Source: Coraliomargarita sp. (GTDB taxonomy: Bacteria > Verrucomicrobiota > Verrucomicrobiia > Opitutales > Coraliomargaritaceae). Taken from it: a stretch of DNA of 64,000 nt. Positions 54,445 to 64,000 of the stretch are shown here, piece after piece; position 1 is the first letter of the stretch; the number at the start of each line of letters is the position of its first letter. The DNA lies in contig OZ244160.1 in assembly GCA_965216325.1 (NCBI GenBank), positions 2,816,001 to 2,880,000 on the forward strand. Reading direction: 5' to 3'. The notes beneath the pieces are model-generated. The model was not told where the DNA came from and did not search any database. It saw only the letters and a program-made list of their open reading frames with translations. A program made the position numbers and the translations under genes.

Positions 54445-55626
54445 CTACAAGACAAAACCGACCGCACCACAAGCGAGCACCACGAGCCATGCCGGAGCCT
54501 TGAACTTGGCTAATGCGAGATAGGCCATCAGTGCTGCGACAGCATCCCAGACATGCTGGACACCATGAGGTAAGACCGGATTGATGAAGGCAGCTGCGAG
54601 CAGTCCAACCACTGCGGCATTGGCGCCATAGAGTCCTGCTTGAGCTACGTGTTTTGAGCGAATACGGTTCCACAGCGGGAGCAGGCCGATCAGCAGCAGG
54701 ATTCCTGGCAGAAAAATCGCGGCGAGTGCGCCGAGGCCGCCAAGCCATGCCGGGGAGGTGCTGTGTGCAGCCGTGCCCAGATTGGCAGATAGTGCGAACA
54801 TGGGGCCCGGGAGTGCTTGGGCGCCACTATAGCCGGCAAGAAACTGTGCTTCGGTGAGTAGGCCGTTGGGTACGATTCCATCATACAGCAAGGGTAAGAC
54901 CACATGTCCGCCGCCAAAGACCAGAGCGCCTGCCCGATAGTGTATGGCATAGATCGCTGCAGCACTGCCGCCGGACACGGCCAATGCCCAGAGCAAGAGC
55001 AAGGCAAAGCCGGCTATCGCGCTCCATGCGATTCTACTTGATGGGAGAAAGGGTTGATCGTGTAAGGCAGGGGCGGTGCTTTGTGCTGACTTTTTGAATA
55101 CAATTATCCCTATGATACTTCCCAGTAAGATTGCTAGTAGTGGTGTGTAAGCGGTGGCCAGAAGGTGAACTAAACCTGCGCTGGTGGCGGCAATGAGGAG
55201 GCGCGGCCAGTCCGGGCAGAGTTTGCGCCCCAAATCAATGACTGCCTTGGCGACCACTGCGACTGCAGCGATTAGTAAGCCGTGAATCACAGAGGCTGCC
55301 GACGCACCGATGGCTACGAGTCCGTAGGCAAAGCCAATCATGAGGACTGCGGAGGGCAGGGTAAATCCCAGCCAAGCCATGATCCCGCCGGCGATGCCAC
55401 GCTGGTTCCAGCCGATCGCAAAGCCTAGCTGGCTGCTGGAGGGGCCCGGAACAAATTGGCAAAGCCCCAGTAATTCGGTGTAATGGGCTTCACTCAGCCA
55501 TTTGCGTCGCGAGACAAAGACTTCTTTGAAATAGCCTAAGTGGGCCACCGGACCACCGAAGGACAGGCAGCCTAGGCGCAGATAGACCAGGAAGATTTGC
55601 AGTAGGCTGGTGCGGTTGTGTGGCAT
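54445..55626 (-). CDS. chrA: Chromate ion transporter (long-chain CHR family)
   Basis: SFGGPVAHLG, QFVPGPSSSQ, VFGGGHVVLP, AQALPGP. Confidence 0.92.
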   Translation of the reverse strand: MPHNRTSLLQIFLVYLRLGCLSFGGPVAHLGYFKEVFVSRRKWLSEAHYTELLGLCQFVPGPSSSQLGFAIGWNQRGIAGGIMAWLGFTLPSAVLMIGFAYGLVAIGASAASVIHGLLIAAVAVVAKAVIDLGRKLCPDWPRLLIAATSAGLVHLLATAYTPLLAILLGSIIGIIVFKKSAQSTAPALHDQPFLPSSRIAWSAIAGFALLLLWALAVSGGSAAAIYAIHYRAGALVFGGGHVVLPLLYDGIVPNGLLTEAQFLAGYSGAQALPGPMFALSANLGTAAHSTSPAWLGGLGALAAIFLPGILLLIGLLPLWNRIRSKHVAQAGLYGANAAVVGLLAAAFINPVLPHGVQHVWDAVAALMAYLALAKFKAPAWLVVLACGAVGFVL

Positions 55627-55647
55627 GCTTGAGAGCAGTGGTTGGGT

Positions 55648-55711
55648 GTAAAGCAGGCGTCTCGCCTGTTTCTAATTCCCAGCTTGGGCGCAGGCAAGAT
55701 GCCCGTGCTAC
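55648..55711. repeat. REP-like inverted doublet
   Basis: GTAAAGCAGGCGTCTCGCCTG...CAGGCAAGATGCCCGTGCTAC between rsmI and chrA. Confidence 0.6.
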
Positions 55712-55713
55712 GT

Positions 55714-56406
55714 CTACAGTTCGAAGCCCGCTTTGGCAATCAGCACGACGAATTCACCTTTTTGGCTGCCTTTGGCTACTCGGTCGCGCACCTCTGCCGC
55801 GGGGCCGGTATGAACCGTCTCATGTAGTTTGGTGAGTTCACGGCAGACACTGATACAGCGGTCCGACCCGAGCGTATCGACGAGGTCGTTGAGGAACTTG
55901 CCAATGCGGTGACAGGATTCGTAGAGCACAGTGGTGTATCCAAAGTCCTGATACTCTGCGAAAAAACGCCTGCGGGCGGCACTTTTGGGCGCGAGGAAGC
56001 CTGCGTAGAAAAAGCCATCGCTGGGGAGCCCTGAAATGGACAGTGCGGTAATCACGGCGCTGGGTCCGGGGGTAGTGCTTACGCGGAGGCCCCGTTTTCG
56101 GCATTCACGCACGAGGCGAAAACCTGGGTCACTAATGGCTGGGGTGCCCGCATCGGCTACCAGTGCGATGTTTTCGCCGGCGGCGATACGGTCAGCCAGT
56201 TGGCTGGCGAGAAACTTCTCATTTTCGTCGCGGTAGGAGAGTAACTCAGGCTTCTCGATTTCGAGTTTACTTAAGAGCTTGCCGGTGACGCGTGTATCCT
56301 CGCAGGCAATACAACTGGCCTTGCACAAGGTTTCGATTGCTCGTTTGGAAATGTCGCCGAGATTGCCAATCGGGACTGCGATGAGGGTGAGGGTGCCTGT
56401 GTCCAC
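55714..56406 (-). CDS. rsmI: 16S rRNA Cm1402 methyltransferase RsmI
   Basis: PIGNLGDIS, ACEDTR, DAGTPAISDPG, RELTKLHE, KGEFV. Confidence 0.95.
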   Translation of the reverse strand: MDTGTLTLIAVPIGNLGDISKRAIETLCKASCIACEDTRVTGKLLSKLEIEKPELLSYRDENEKFLASQLADRIAAGENIALVADAGTPAISDPGFRLVRECRKRGLRVSTTPGPSAVITALSISGLPSDGFFYAGFLAPKSAARRRFFAEYQDFGYTTVLYESCHRIGKFLNDLVDTLGSDRCISVCRELTKLHETVHTGPAAEVRDRVAKGSQKGEFVVLIAKAGFEL

Positions 56407-56447
56407 AAGTGATTGTGACTATTAGAGTGAGAGTTTGAAGTGCTGAT

Positions 56448-56483
56448 AAAAAAACGCCGTGGTCGTTAAGACGCACGGCGTTT
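56448..56483 (-). terminator. Rho-independent terminator
   Basis: + strand A-run-CGCCGTG...CACGGCGTTT, just after the small lipoprotein gene. Confidence 0.75.
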
Positions 56484-56495
56484 GGAAATTGCTGC

Positions 56496-56642
56496 TTAGT
56501 ATCCGCCCATTCCTGGCGCGCCGCCTTCCCACGATGCCGGGCGTCCCCAAGGGACCGACTGATCATCAACATCGCTGTTGAAGCAGCCGCTTAGAGCGAA
56601 GGCAGTTAGACTGAGTGCGATTAAGAGGAATGTGCGAATCAT
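56496..56642 (-). CDS. Small lipoprotein (48 aa)
   Basis: MIRTFLLIALSLTAFALSGC lipobox, then VPWGRPASWEG; followed by a terminator. Confidence 0.7.
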   Translation of the reverse strand: MIRTFLLIALSLTAFALSGCFNSDVDDQSVPWGRPASWEGGAPGMGGY

Positions 56643-56664
56643 TTCGAGTTGAAGAAATGGTGCT

Positions 56665-57477
56665 TTAGCGGAGGATGTCAACGACCGCGCCTTCCTTGAG
56701 GCGGCTTGCGGAGGTGCCTGGCAGGATGTTGGCAACTGCGAGGTTGTTATCGACCTTTGCGACGCGAACTTTACCGAGGGCTTTCAGGTCTTGGATGAGT
56801 GTGACATTCATGGCTGGTTCCAAGCCAAGTTCAGGTGCTGCTTCGAGCACGACAATACCGTTGCTGGAGTTGACCGATGCGATGGTGACGTTGTCGGCAA
56901 GCTTTGCAGAGCGAACTGCTTCTGTAGAGTTGAGCGCGAGGCTAGGCTTTGCACTTTGATCACGACCGGCGGTGTAGCTCTTCAGCTTGGACTCGGCGAC
57001 GTTGAGCTCGTCCTTGATGTTTTGATTCTCTGTGGTGAGCGCGGCGACCTTCTCGTTGAGCTCAGCAAGCTCTTCAGTTTTGTCGGCTGCGATCAGTGCG
57101 TCGTTGGCAGTTTCAATGTCTGTCTTCAGCTTCTTGATGTCGTCTTCCAGTGAAGTGATGTCACTGTTTGCGGAGTCGAGCTTGGCCTTGGTGCTGCTGA
57201 GTTCACGGCGAGTGCTGTCGGCCTCGTTGCGGGCAGTGTCGAGCTGAGTGGTCAGGCGTTCGGCTTGACGCTGGGATGTCTTCAGCTTGCCAGTAACATC
57301 GACCACTTCTGCCTTTGTGTCGTTCAGCTCAGTGGTGGTGGCTGTGAGTGTGCCTTGTGTGCTGACCAATTGGCCGTGCTTTTCCTTGAGCTTGCCCTGA
57401 GAGACCAAGAAGAGAGCGCCCGCTGCGATGCCAGCAATGATGGCAACAATGCGGAGGACGAGAGAGACGGTATTCAT
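56665..57477 (-). CDS. Membrane-anchored coiled-coil hypothetical protein
   Basis: N-terminal TM, long heptad region, beta-rich C-terminal domain. Confidence 0.75.
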   Translation of the reverse strand: MNTVSLVLRIVAIIAGIAAGALFLVSQGKLKEKHGQLVSTQGTLTATTTELNDTKAEVVDVTGKLKTSQRQAERLTTQLDTARNEADSTRRELSSTKAKLDSANSDITSLEDDIKKLKTDIETANDALIAADKTEELAELNEKVAALTTENQNIKDELNVAESKLKSYTAGRDQSAKPSLALNSTEAVRSAKLADNVTIASVNSSNGIVVLEAAPELGLEPAMNVTLIQDLKALGKVRVAKVDNNLAVANILPGTSASRLKEGAVVDILR

Positions 57478-57516
57478 ATATACTGTGATCTTATGGGGTT
57501 AATTTGAATAAAGTGA

Positions 57517-59088
57517 CTAGGCACTAAACTGTGTTTGAGCCGGGGTTGCTCCTGCAGTTGCAGAAATGCCTCGATCATTCGCAGCTAGGCGAAGCAGCAA
57601 CTTAAAGATGATTTCAGTCTGTCCTTCAAGCTGTAACTTTGTCGCAACCTCCTCGGCACTGAGCTGTTTGCCCGCATCGGCCTTGAGGGCAGCGATTACT
57701 TTGCCTTCCAGTTCCAGCACGCCGGCCGCGGCCTTCTTGCCCGCTTCGACGCCAGGCTGGTGGTAGGCGTTGATGTTCACTAGGTTAGCGTAGAGTCCAA
57801 CGGCGCGTTCGAAGAGCGCGATCAGTTGTCCTACTGCTGCCGGAGTGACTTCCTTAATAGTAATGGTCACTGACTGGCGGCCGTTTTCATATAGTGCATC
57901 GCGTGTGCCAAGGTAGAAGCCTTGCAGGAAATCGCCTGTGGTAATGCCGTCTTCGACTTCGATGGAGCTGCCGGAGCGGTCCTTGAGCACTTCGATGAAG
58001 GTCGCAAAGAAGTTGTGCACGCCCTCGCGGAGTTGCTGCACGTAAGCGTGTTGGTCGGTGGAGCCCTTGTTGCCGTAAACTGCGATGCCTTGGTTGACGG
58101 TCTTACCGTCGAGGTCGAATTCCTTGCCCAGCGACTCCATGACGAGCTGCTGCAGATACTTGGAGAAGAGCATCAGGCGGTCCTTGTAGGGCAGGACAAC
58201 CATATCCTTGCTGCCCTTGGCGTCGGTCGCGAAATACCACATGAGCGCGAGTAGGGCGGCCGGGTTCTTCGCGGTTTCGGTGCCGCGGGTTGCGGTGTCC
58301 ATTGCTGCGGCGCCGTCAAGCATGCCTTGGATGTCGAGGCCTTGCAGTGCAGCTGGAAGGAGGCCAACTGCGGCGAGTTCGGAGGTGCGGCCACCCACCC
58401 AGTCCCACATCGGGAGGCGAGTGAGCCAACCTTCGGATTCGGCAACGCCGTCGAGTTTGGAACCTGCACCCGTGATCGCGATCGCGTGCTTGGCAAAGTC
58501 GAGGCCGGCTGCCTTGTAAGCGGCTTGCGCTTCGAGCATGCCGTTGCGGGTTTCCGGTGTGCCTCCGGACTTGGAAATCACCACTGCGAGGGTTTCGCCA
58601 AGCTGACCGTCGAGCGCCGCGAGTGTGCGGTCGATGCCGTCCGGGTCAGTGTTGTCGAAGAAAAACAAGTCCATCTTGTCTGCCTTCGGGCAACCGAGTG
58701 CGTCCGCAACGAACTGCGGGCCGAGTGCGGAACCGCCGATGCCAATCACCAGACAGTTCTTGAACGCGCCCTTGGAGCCGGCGATGGCACCGCTGTGCAC
58801 GTCGGCTGCGATTTGCTTGATGTCTGCGAGGCACTTCTCGATCTCTGCTGTTAGCTCAGGCTGTGGTGCGAGTGCAGCATTGCGCAACCAGTAGTGGCCA
58901 ACCATGCGGTTTTCGTCTGGGTTGGCGATTGCGCCAGCTTCGAGTTCCTGCATCGCCTTGTAGGCGGCTTGGATCTTGGGCTCCATTTCTGCGAAAAAGC
59001 CGTCGCCAAAATCGATGCGGCTGATGTCGATCGCGAAATCGAGCTCGTTGAGTTCAAGATAGTGTTGGTTGAAGCGTTCCCAGGACAT
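57517..59088 (-). CDS. pgi: Glucose-6-phosphate isomerase
   Basis: [46 protein letters not shown]. Confidence 0.96.
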   Translation of the reverse strand: MSWERFNQHYLELNELDFAIDISRIDFGDGFFAEMEPKIQAAYKAMQELEAGAIANPDENRMVGHYWLRNAALAPQPELTAEIEKCLADIKQIAADVHSGAIAGSKGAFKNCLVIGIGGSALGPQFVADALGCPKADKMDLFFFDNTDPDGIDRTLAALDGQLGETLAVVISKSGGTPETRNGMLEAQAAYKAAGLDFAKHAIAITGAGSKLDGVAESEGWLTRLPMWDWVGGRTSELAAVGLLPAALQGLDIQGMLDGAAAMDTATRGTETAKNPAALLALMWYFATDAKGSKDMVVLPYKDRLMLFSKYLQQLVMESLGKEFDLDGKTVNQGIAVYGNKGSTDQHAYVQQLREGVHNFFATFIEVLKDRSGSSIEVEDGITTGDFLQGFYLGTRDALYENGRQSVTITIKEVTPAAVGQLIALFERAVGLYANLVNINAYHQPGVEAGKKAAAGVLELEGKVIAALKADAGKQLSAEEVATKLQLEGQTEIIFKLLLRLAANDRGISATAGATPAQTQFSA

Positions 59089-59133
59089 GATGTGAAATGT
59101 GAATTTTGAAGTGTGAAAGATTAAGGGGGTGAG

Positions 59134-59217
59134 ACGTCGAACGTCGAACGTCGAACGTTCAACTTCGAACCTCGAATGATTCGATGTTCAGCGTTCGCTG
59201 TTGGAAGTTCGGCGTTC
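59134..59217. repeat. Heptamer tandem repeats in inverted arrangement
   Basis: (ACGTCGA)n...TTCGATG TTCAGCG TTCGCTG between ilvD and pgi. Confidence 0.7.
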
Positions 59218-59218
59218 G

Positions 59219-60934
<1,716 letters not shown>

Positions 60935-60960
60935 AATATTTGCGGATTTGTTGGACTAAA

Positions 60961-60998
<38 letters not shown>

Positions 60999-61073
60999 CA
61001 TTGCGGACCCAACGACAATACCCTTTTTACTGTTCAAGCGCACAAACATCGATTTTCTTTCCGCTACTGCACT

Positions 61074-61850
61074 ATGGAACTCGACCTTAAGAAGACCCTC
61101 GAAGCCTTACTCCTATCGACTGCGGAGCCGATTTCGCTCAAAGATATCGTTAAAATCTTTGCCCGCTACCACGAGGAGCTGGTCGAGCAGGCCGAGGAGG
61201 CAAAGCAGTCCAAGGAAGAAGATGCCAACGACATCGTGGTGCCGGATAAGATCACCGAAGCTCCGATCCGCGAGGCGCTGAAGGTGCTGACCGATGAGGC
61301 TGAGGTCGAAGACAAAGCCTACCGTTTGGTCGAAGGTCCAAATGGTTTCCAGGTGGTGACCGCACCGCAGTTTGCCGAATTTGTCCGCCTACTACGCGGA
61401 GAGCCTCGCCCGATGAAGCTGAGCCCTGCGGCGCTCGAGACCATGGCCATTGTTTCCTATCGTCAACCGGTGACCCGCGCTGAACTCGAAGCGATCCGTG
61501 GCGTGTCGGCGGACAGCGCGCTCAATAAATTGATCGAGCTTGAACTGGTGCATGTGACTGGCCGCGCCGAACTGCCGGGCCGCCCGATCCAATACGGAAC
61601 CACCGAAAAATTCCTCGAATTCACCGGCATTAAGGAGCTCGACGAGCTGCCTGCTTCGGATGTGCTCAGCAACCACCAGATCGACGACTGGATGCGTAAA
61701 AGTGAGGAGCCGGAAGAAGACATCACCGACGAAGACGTGGGCCTCGCCAAAGAGCCGAATCCCGACGAGTTGCCGCTCGACCAGGAGTTTGCCGAGATCG
61801 ACTGGCAAAAAGAAAACGCTGAAAGCGATGCCGCAGGTGGGAAAGAGTAA
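61074..61850 (+). CDS. scpB: SMC-Scp complex subunit ScpB
   Basis: LEALL, LSPAALETMAIVSYRQPVTRAELEAIRGV, PGRPIQYGTTEKFL. Confidence 0.94.
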   Translation: MELDLKKTLEALLLSTAEPISLKDIVKIFARYHEELVEQAEEAKQSKEEDANDIVVPDKITEAPIREALKVLTDEAEVEDKAYRLVEGPNGFQVVTAPQFAEFVRLLRGEPRPMKLSPAALETMAIVSYRQPVTRAELEAIRGVSADSALNKLIELELVHVTGRAELPGRPIQYGTTEKFLEFTGIKELDELPASDVLSNHQIDDWMRKSEEPEEDITDEDVGLAKEPNPDELPLDQEFAEIDWQKENAESDAAGGKE

Positions 61851-62207
61851 AAGCGGCATCTTGCCGCTTTTTGTGACGACTTAATATGAGACTTTTCCCT
61901 CCATCGCCAGAACCGCGCGATAACGCACTGGCTTATGTTGAAAAGCTTCGGGGCAATTCCGAATGCAGTGAATTCCAAGCGGGTCGGTCGGCAGTGGTGC
62001 GGAGGTTTCAGTCGGCATGGATGCTGATGATCCTTAGTATACTTCCACTGCGATGTGATAACTTATGGTTTTATGCTGCCGTATTGGTCTTTGCGGTTTG
62101 GGCTTATGTTAGTGGGATTAGAATGGAGCGACTTTTAGACTTATTTGAGCCCAGGAAAATTAAATATGAAACCGATGCCTAAAGCGGCAAGATGCCGCTT
62201 CTACTTT
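61842..62207. repeat. Inverted pair of REP-like palindromes bracketing a small ORF
   Basis: AAAGAGTAAAAGCGGCATCTTGCCGCTTT (61842-61870) and AAAGCGGCAAGATGCCGCTTCTACTTT (62181-62207). Confidence 0.75.
61886..62182 (+). CDS. Small two-TM hypothetical protein
   Basis: 98-aa ORF, lower GC than its neighbours, two hydrophobic segments. Confidence 0.5.
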   Translation: MRLFPPSPEPRDNALAYVEKLRGNSECSEFQAGRSAVVRRFQSAWMLMILSILPLRCDNLWFYAAVLVFAVWAYVSGIRMERLLDLFEPRKIKYETDA

Positions 62208-62290
62208 ATGATTCCTCTCGTGATAGATTAACGTTAATTGACGTAAATTAACGGTTCCAACTTTCCCACTGCACCTTTCACTTTCCCTCC

Positions 62291-63586
62291 ATGTCCGAAG
62301 ACATTAATACCAAGCTCCAGCGTAACCGCGATGCGATCGACGCGATCGACAAACAGGTGGTGCAGCTGCTCAATCAACGCGTCCGTCAGGATGGCGGCCT
62401 CGATGAGGCGCAGATGCTGGAAAAGGTCGCGCGCTTCAATCCGGGCCCGCTGACCAACGAGACCGTGCAGGCGATTTACGATACGCTCATGTATGCCGGT
62501 ATCGCTCCGGATGCGGAGCCGACCGATCCCGAAAAGGTCGATGCGTTGGATCAGCAGATCATCGACTTGCTCAATGAGCGGGTTGGGCACGCAAGTGTGA
62601 TTGGTAAGATCAAGCACGCGAACGGTGCCGACTACTACGACCCGACCCGCGAGGCTCAGGTCATGGCAAAAATTGCCGCACTCAACCCGGGCCCGATTCT
62701 GAATACGACTTTGCAGTCTGTTTACCGTGAGGTGATCTCCGGTTCGATCAGCCTGGAGAAGAAGCTGGTGATTGCTTATCTTGGGCCTGAAGCGACTTAT
62801 ACGCACCAGGCGTCCTTGCGTAACTTCGGCGTGAGTCTCAACCATCAGGCGATTAAGACTATTCCGGATGTCTTTGCTGCGGTTGAGCGTGGTGAGGCCG
62901 ACTATGGTGTGGTGCCGATTGAAAACTCCACAGAAGGCGCGGTCTTCCACTCGATGGATATGTTAGTCGAGTCCGATCTGCACATCTGCTCGCAGGTCTA
63001 TTTGCCGATTGAGCATTGCTTGATTTCACAGTCGCCACTGGCCGAGATCAAGGAAGTCCGTTCCAAGGATCAGGCGATTGGTCAGTGCCGTGAGTGGCTC
63101 CACGAGCAGCTTCCACATGCGACGCTGGTCGATGTGGTGAGCACCGCTGAGGCGGTTTGCACGGCAAAGGAAAACCCGGAAGTCGCTGCGGTTGCCAGTG
63201 CATTGTCGGCGCATCGTTACGGAGTGCCTATTCAGCAACGCGGTATTCAAGAGCGCGACGACAACGTGACCCGCTTTCTGGTGATTGGTAAGACTCGCGC
63301 CAAGCCTTTGGGCGATGGCCGAGACAAAACTAGCTTGGTGATCTCGTTAAAGGATCAACCCGGCGCGCTTGAAAAAGCCCTGCGTCCCTTTGCCTCTCGC
63401 GACATCAACCTGAGTAAGATCGAATCACGCCCAACCCGTAAGAAGGCGTGGTCCTACCTGTTCTTTATCGACTTTATTGGTCACTATCAGGACGCCGAGG
63501 TGCAAGCTGCCTTGAAGGAACTCGAAGCGCACTGCGATTTGGTCAAATGGCTTGGGAGTTATCCGAATGTCCATCGAGAAGGCTAG
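62291..63586 (+). CDS. pheA: Chorismate mutase/prephenate dehydratase (P-protein) with a duplicated CM domain
   Basis: Two AroQ-like repeats, then AYLGPEATYT, PIENSTEG, NVTRF, and the ACT-domain LSKIESRP. Confidence 0.94.
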   Translation: MSEDINTKLQRNRDAIDAIDKQVVQLLNQRVRQDGGLDEAQMLEKVARFNPGPLTNETVQAIYDTLMYAGIAPDAEPTDPEKVDALDQQIIDLLNERVGHASVIGKIKHANGADYYDPTREAQVMAKIAALNPGPILNTTLQSVYREVISGSISLEKKLVIAYLGPEATYTHQASLRNFGVSLNHQAIKTIPDVFAAVERGEADYGVVPIENSTEGAVFHSMDMLVESDLHICSQVYLPIEHCLISQSPLAEIKEVRSKDQAIGQCREWLHEQLPHATLVDVVSTAEAVCTAKENPEVAAVASALSAHRYGVPIQQRGIQERDDNVTRFLVIGKTRAKPLGDGRDKTSLVISLKDQPGALEKALRPFASRDINLSKIESRPTRKKAWSYLFFIDFIGHYQDAEVQAALKELEAHCDLVKWLGSYPNVHREG

Positions 63587-63604
63587 GGGGGGGAGCGATA
63601 CAGA

Positions 63605-63883
63605 ATGATGGCTCTTTCTGTTGAACTCAGAGTGCGTGTCATTCCTAATGCATCTGGCGATGAGATCGTTGGCTGGCATGCTGGAGCGCTAAAGGTCAAA
63701 ACCCGTACAGCACCGGAAGAGGGCAAGGCGAACAAAGCGATCTGTGCACTCATCGAGAAGCAGCTCAAGTTGTCGAGGAAGTCGGTTGCTGTCCTGCGTG
63801 GACAGACCAATCCGAATAAGACCTTGTTGATCGAAGGTGTTGGCGAAGCTGAATTGAGTGAACAACTCAGTCGCACGGGATAG
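63605..63883 (+). CDS. DUF167/UPF0235 (YggU-like) protein
   Basis: VRVIPNAS, LKV...APEEGKANKA, G.T...K. Confidence 0.88.
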   Translation: MMALSVELRVRVIPNASGDEIVGWHAGALKVKTRTAPEEGKANKAICALIEKQLKLSRKSVAVLRGQTNPNKTLLIEGVGEAELSEQLSRTG

Positions 63884-64000
63884 GGCGCGTTATCCAAGGG
63901 ATATCGAACCCTACCTTCTGCAAATTACTGGCTACCCCTTCGGCAAAAAGTAGCCCTGTTGCTTCTCGTTGATCGGCATGCCGACCTTTTCCATGACCTT

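Overview
Bacterial chromosomal window, about 55% GC by eye. Gene content (PEP-CTERM protein, MurC-MurB fusion, LysM gene inside the dcw cluster) points by inference to Verrucomicrobiota, probably Opitutales. 1-25.5 kb is housekeeping: trpD, glmM, a TPR protein, an AI-2E permease, a complete dcw cluster (mraZ to ftsZ) and dgkA. 25.55-39.0 kb is a complete chromosomal integron: intI on +, a candidate attI at about 37301, and eight cassettes read on the minus strand. Four attC sites are split by group IIC-type introns on the attC bottom strand: two full-length RT-encoding introns, one 652-nt ORF-less intron and one 5'-deleted fragment. Three of these introns form an atypical lineage with a 33-nt hairpin inserted into catalytic domain 5. 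The two with intact 5' ends also start GUAUG and insert one nucleotide upstream of the site used by the canonical intron next to them. One cassette is a tyrosine-recombinase plus IS91-transposase module bounded exactly by complementary core sites, one has GAT rather than GTT core sites, and two are toxin-antitoxin cassettes. 39-64 kb holds a divergent MotA/ExbB-MotB/ExbD-like gene pair, a Fur/PerR-sufCBD-sufT operon, and rsmE, MATE, PAS-PP2C, dtd, mpg, chrA, rsmI, pgi, ilvD, scpB and a pheA with a tandem chorismate-mutase domain. Several REP-like palindrome families are dispersed across the window, including a nested one translated in-frame inside murD. All calls come from reading the sequence and ORF track; no database search or folding program was run.
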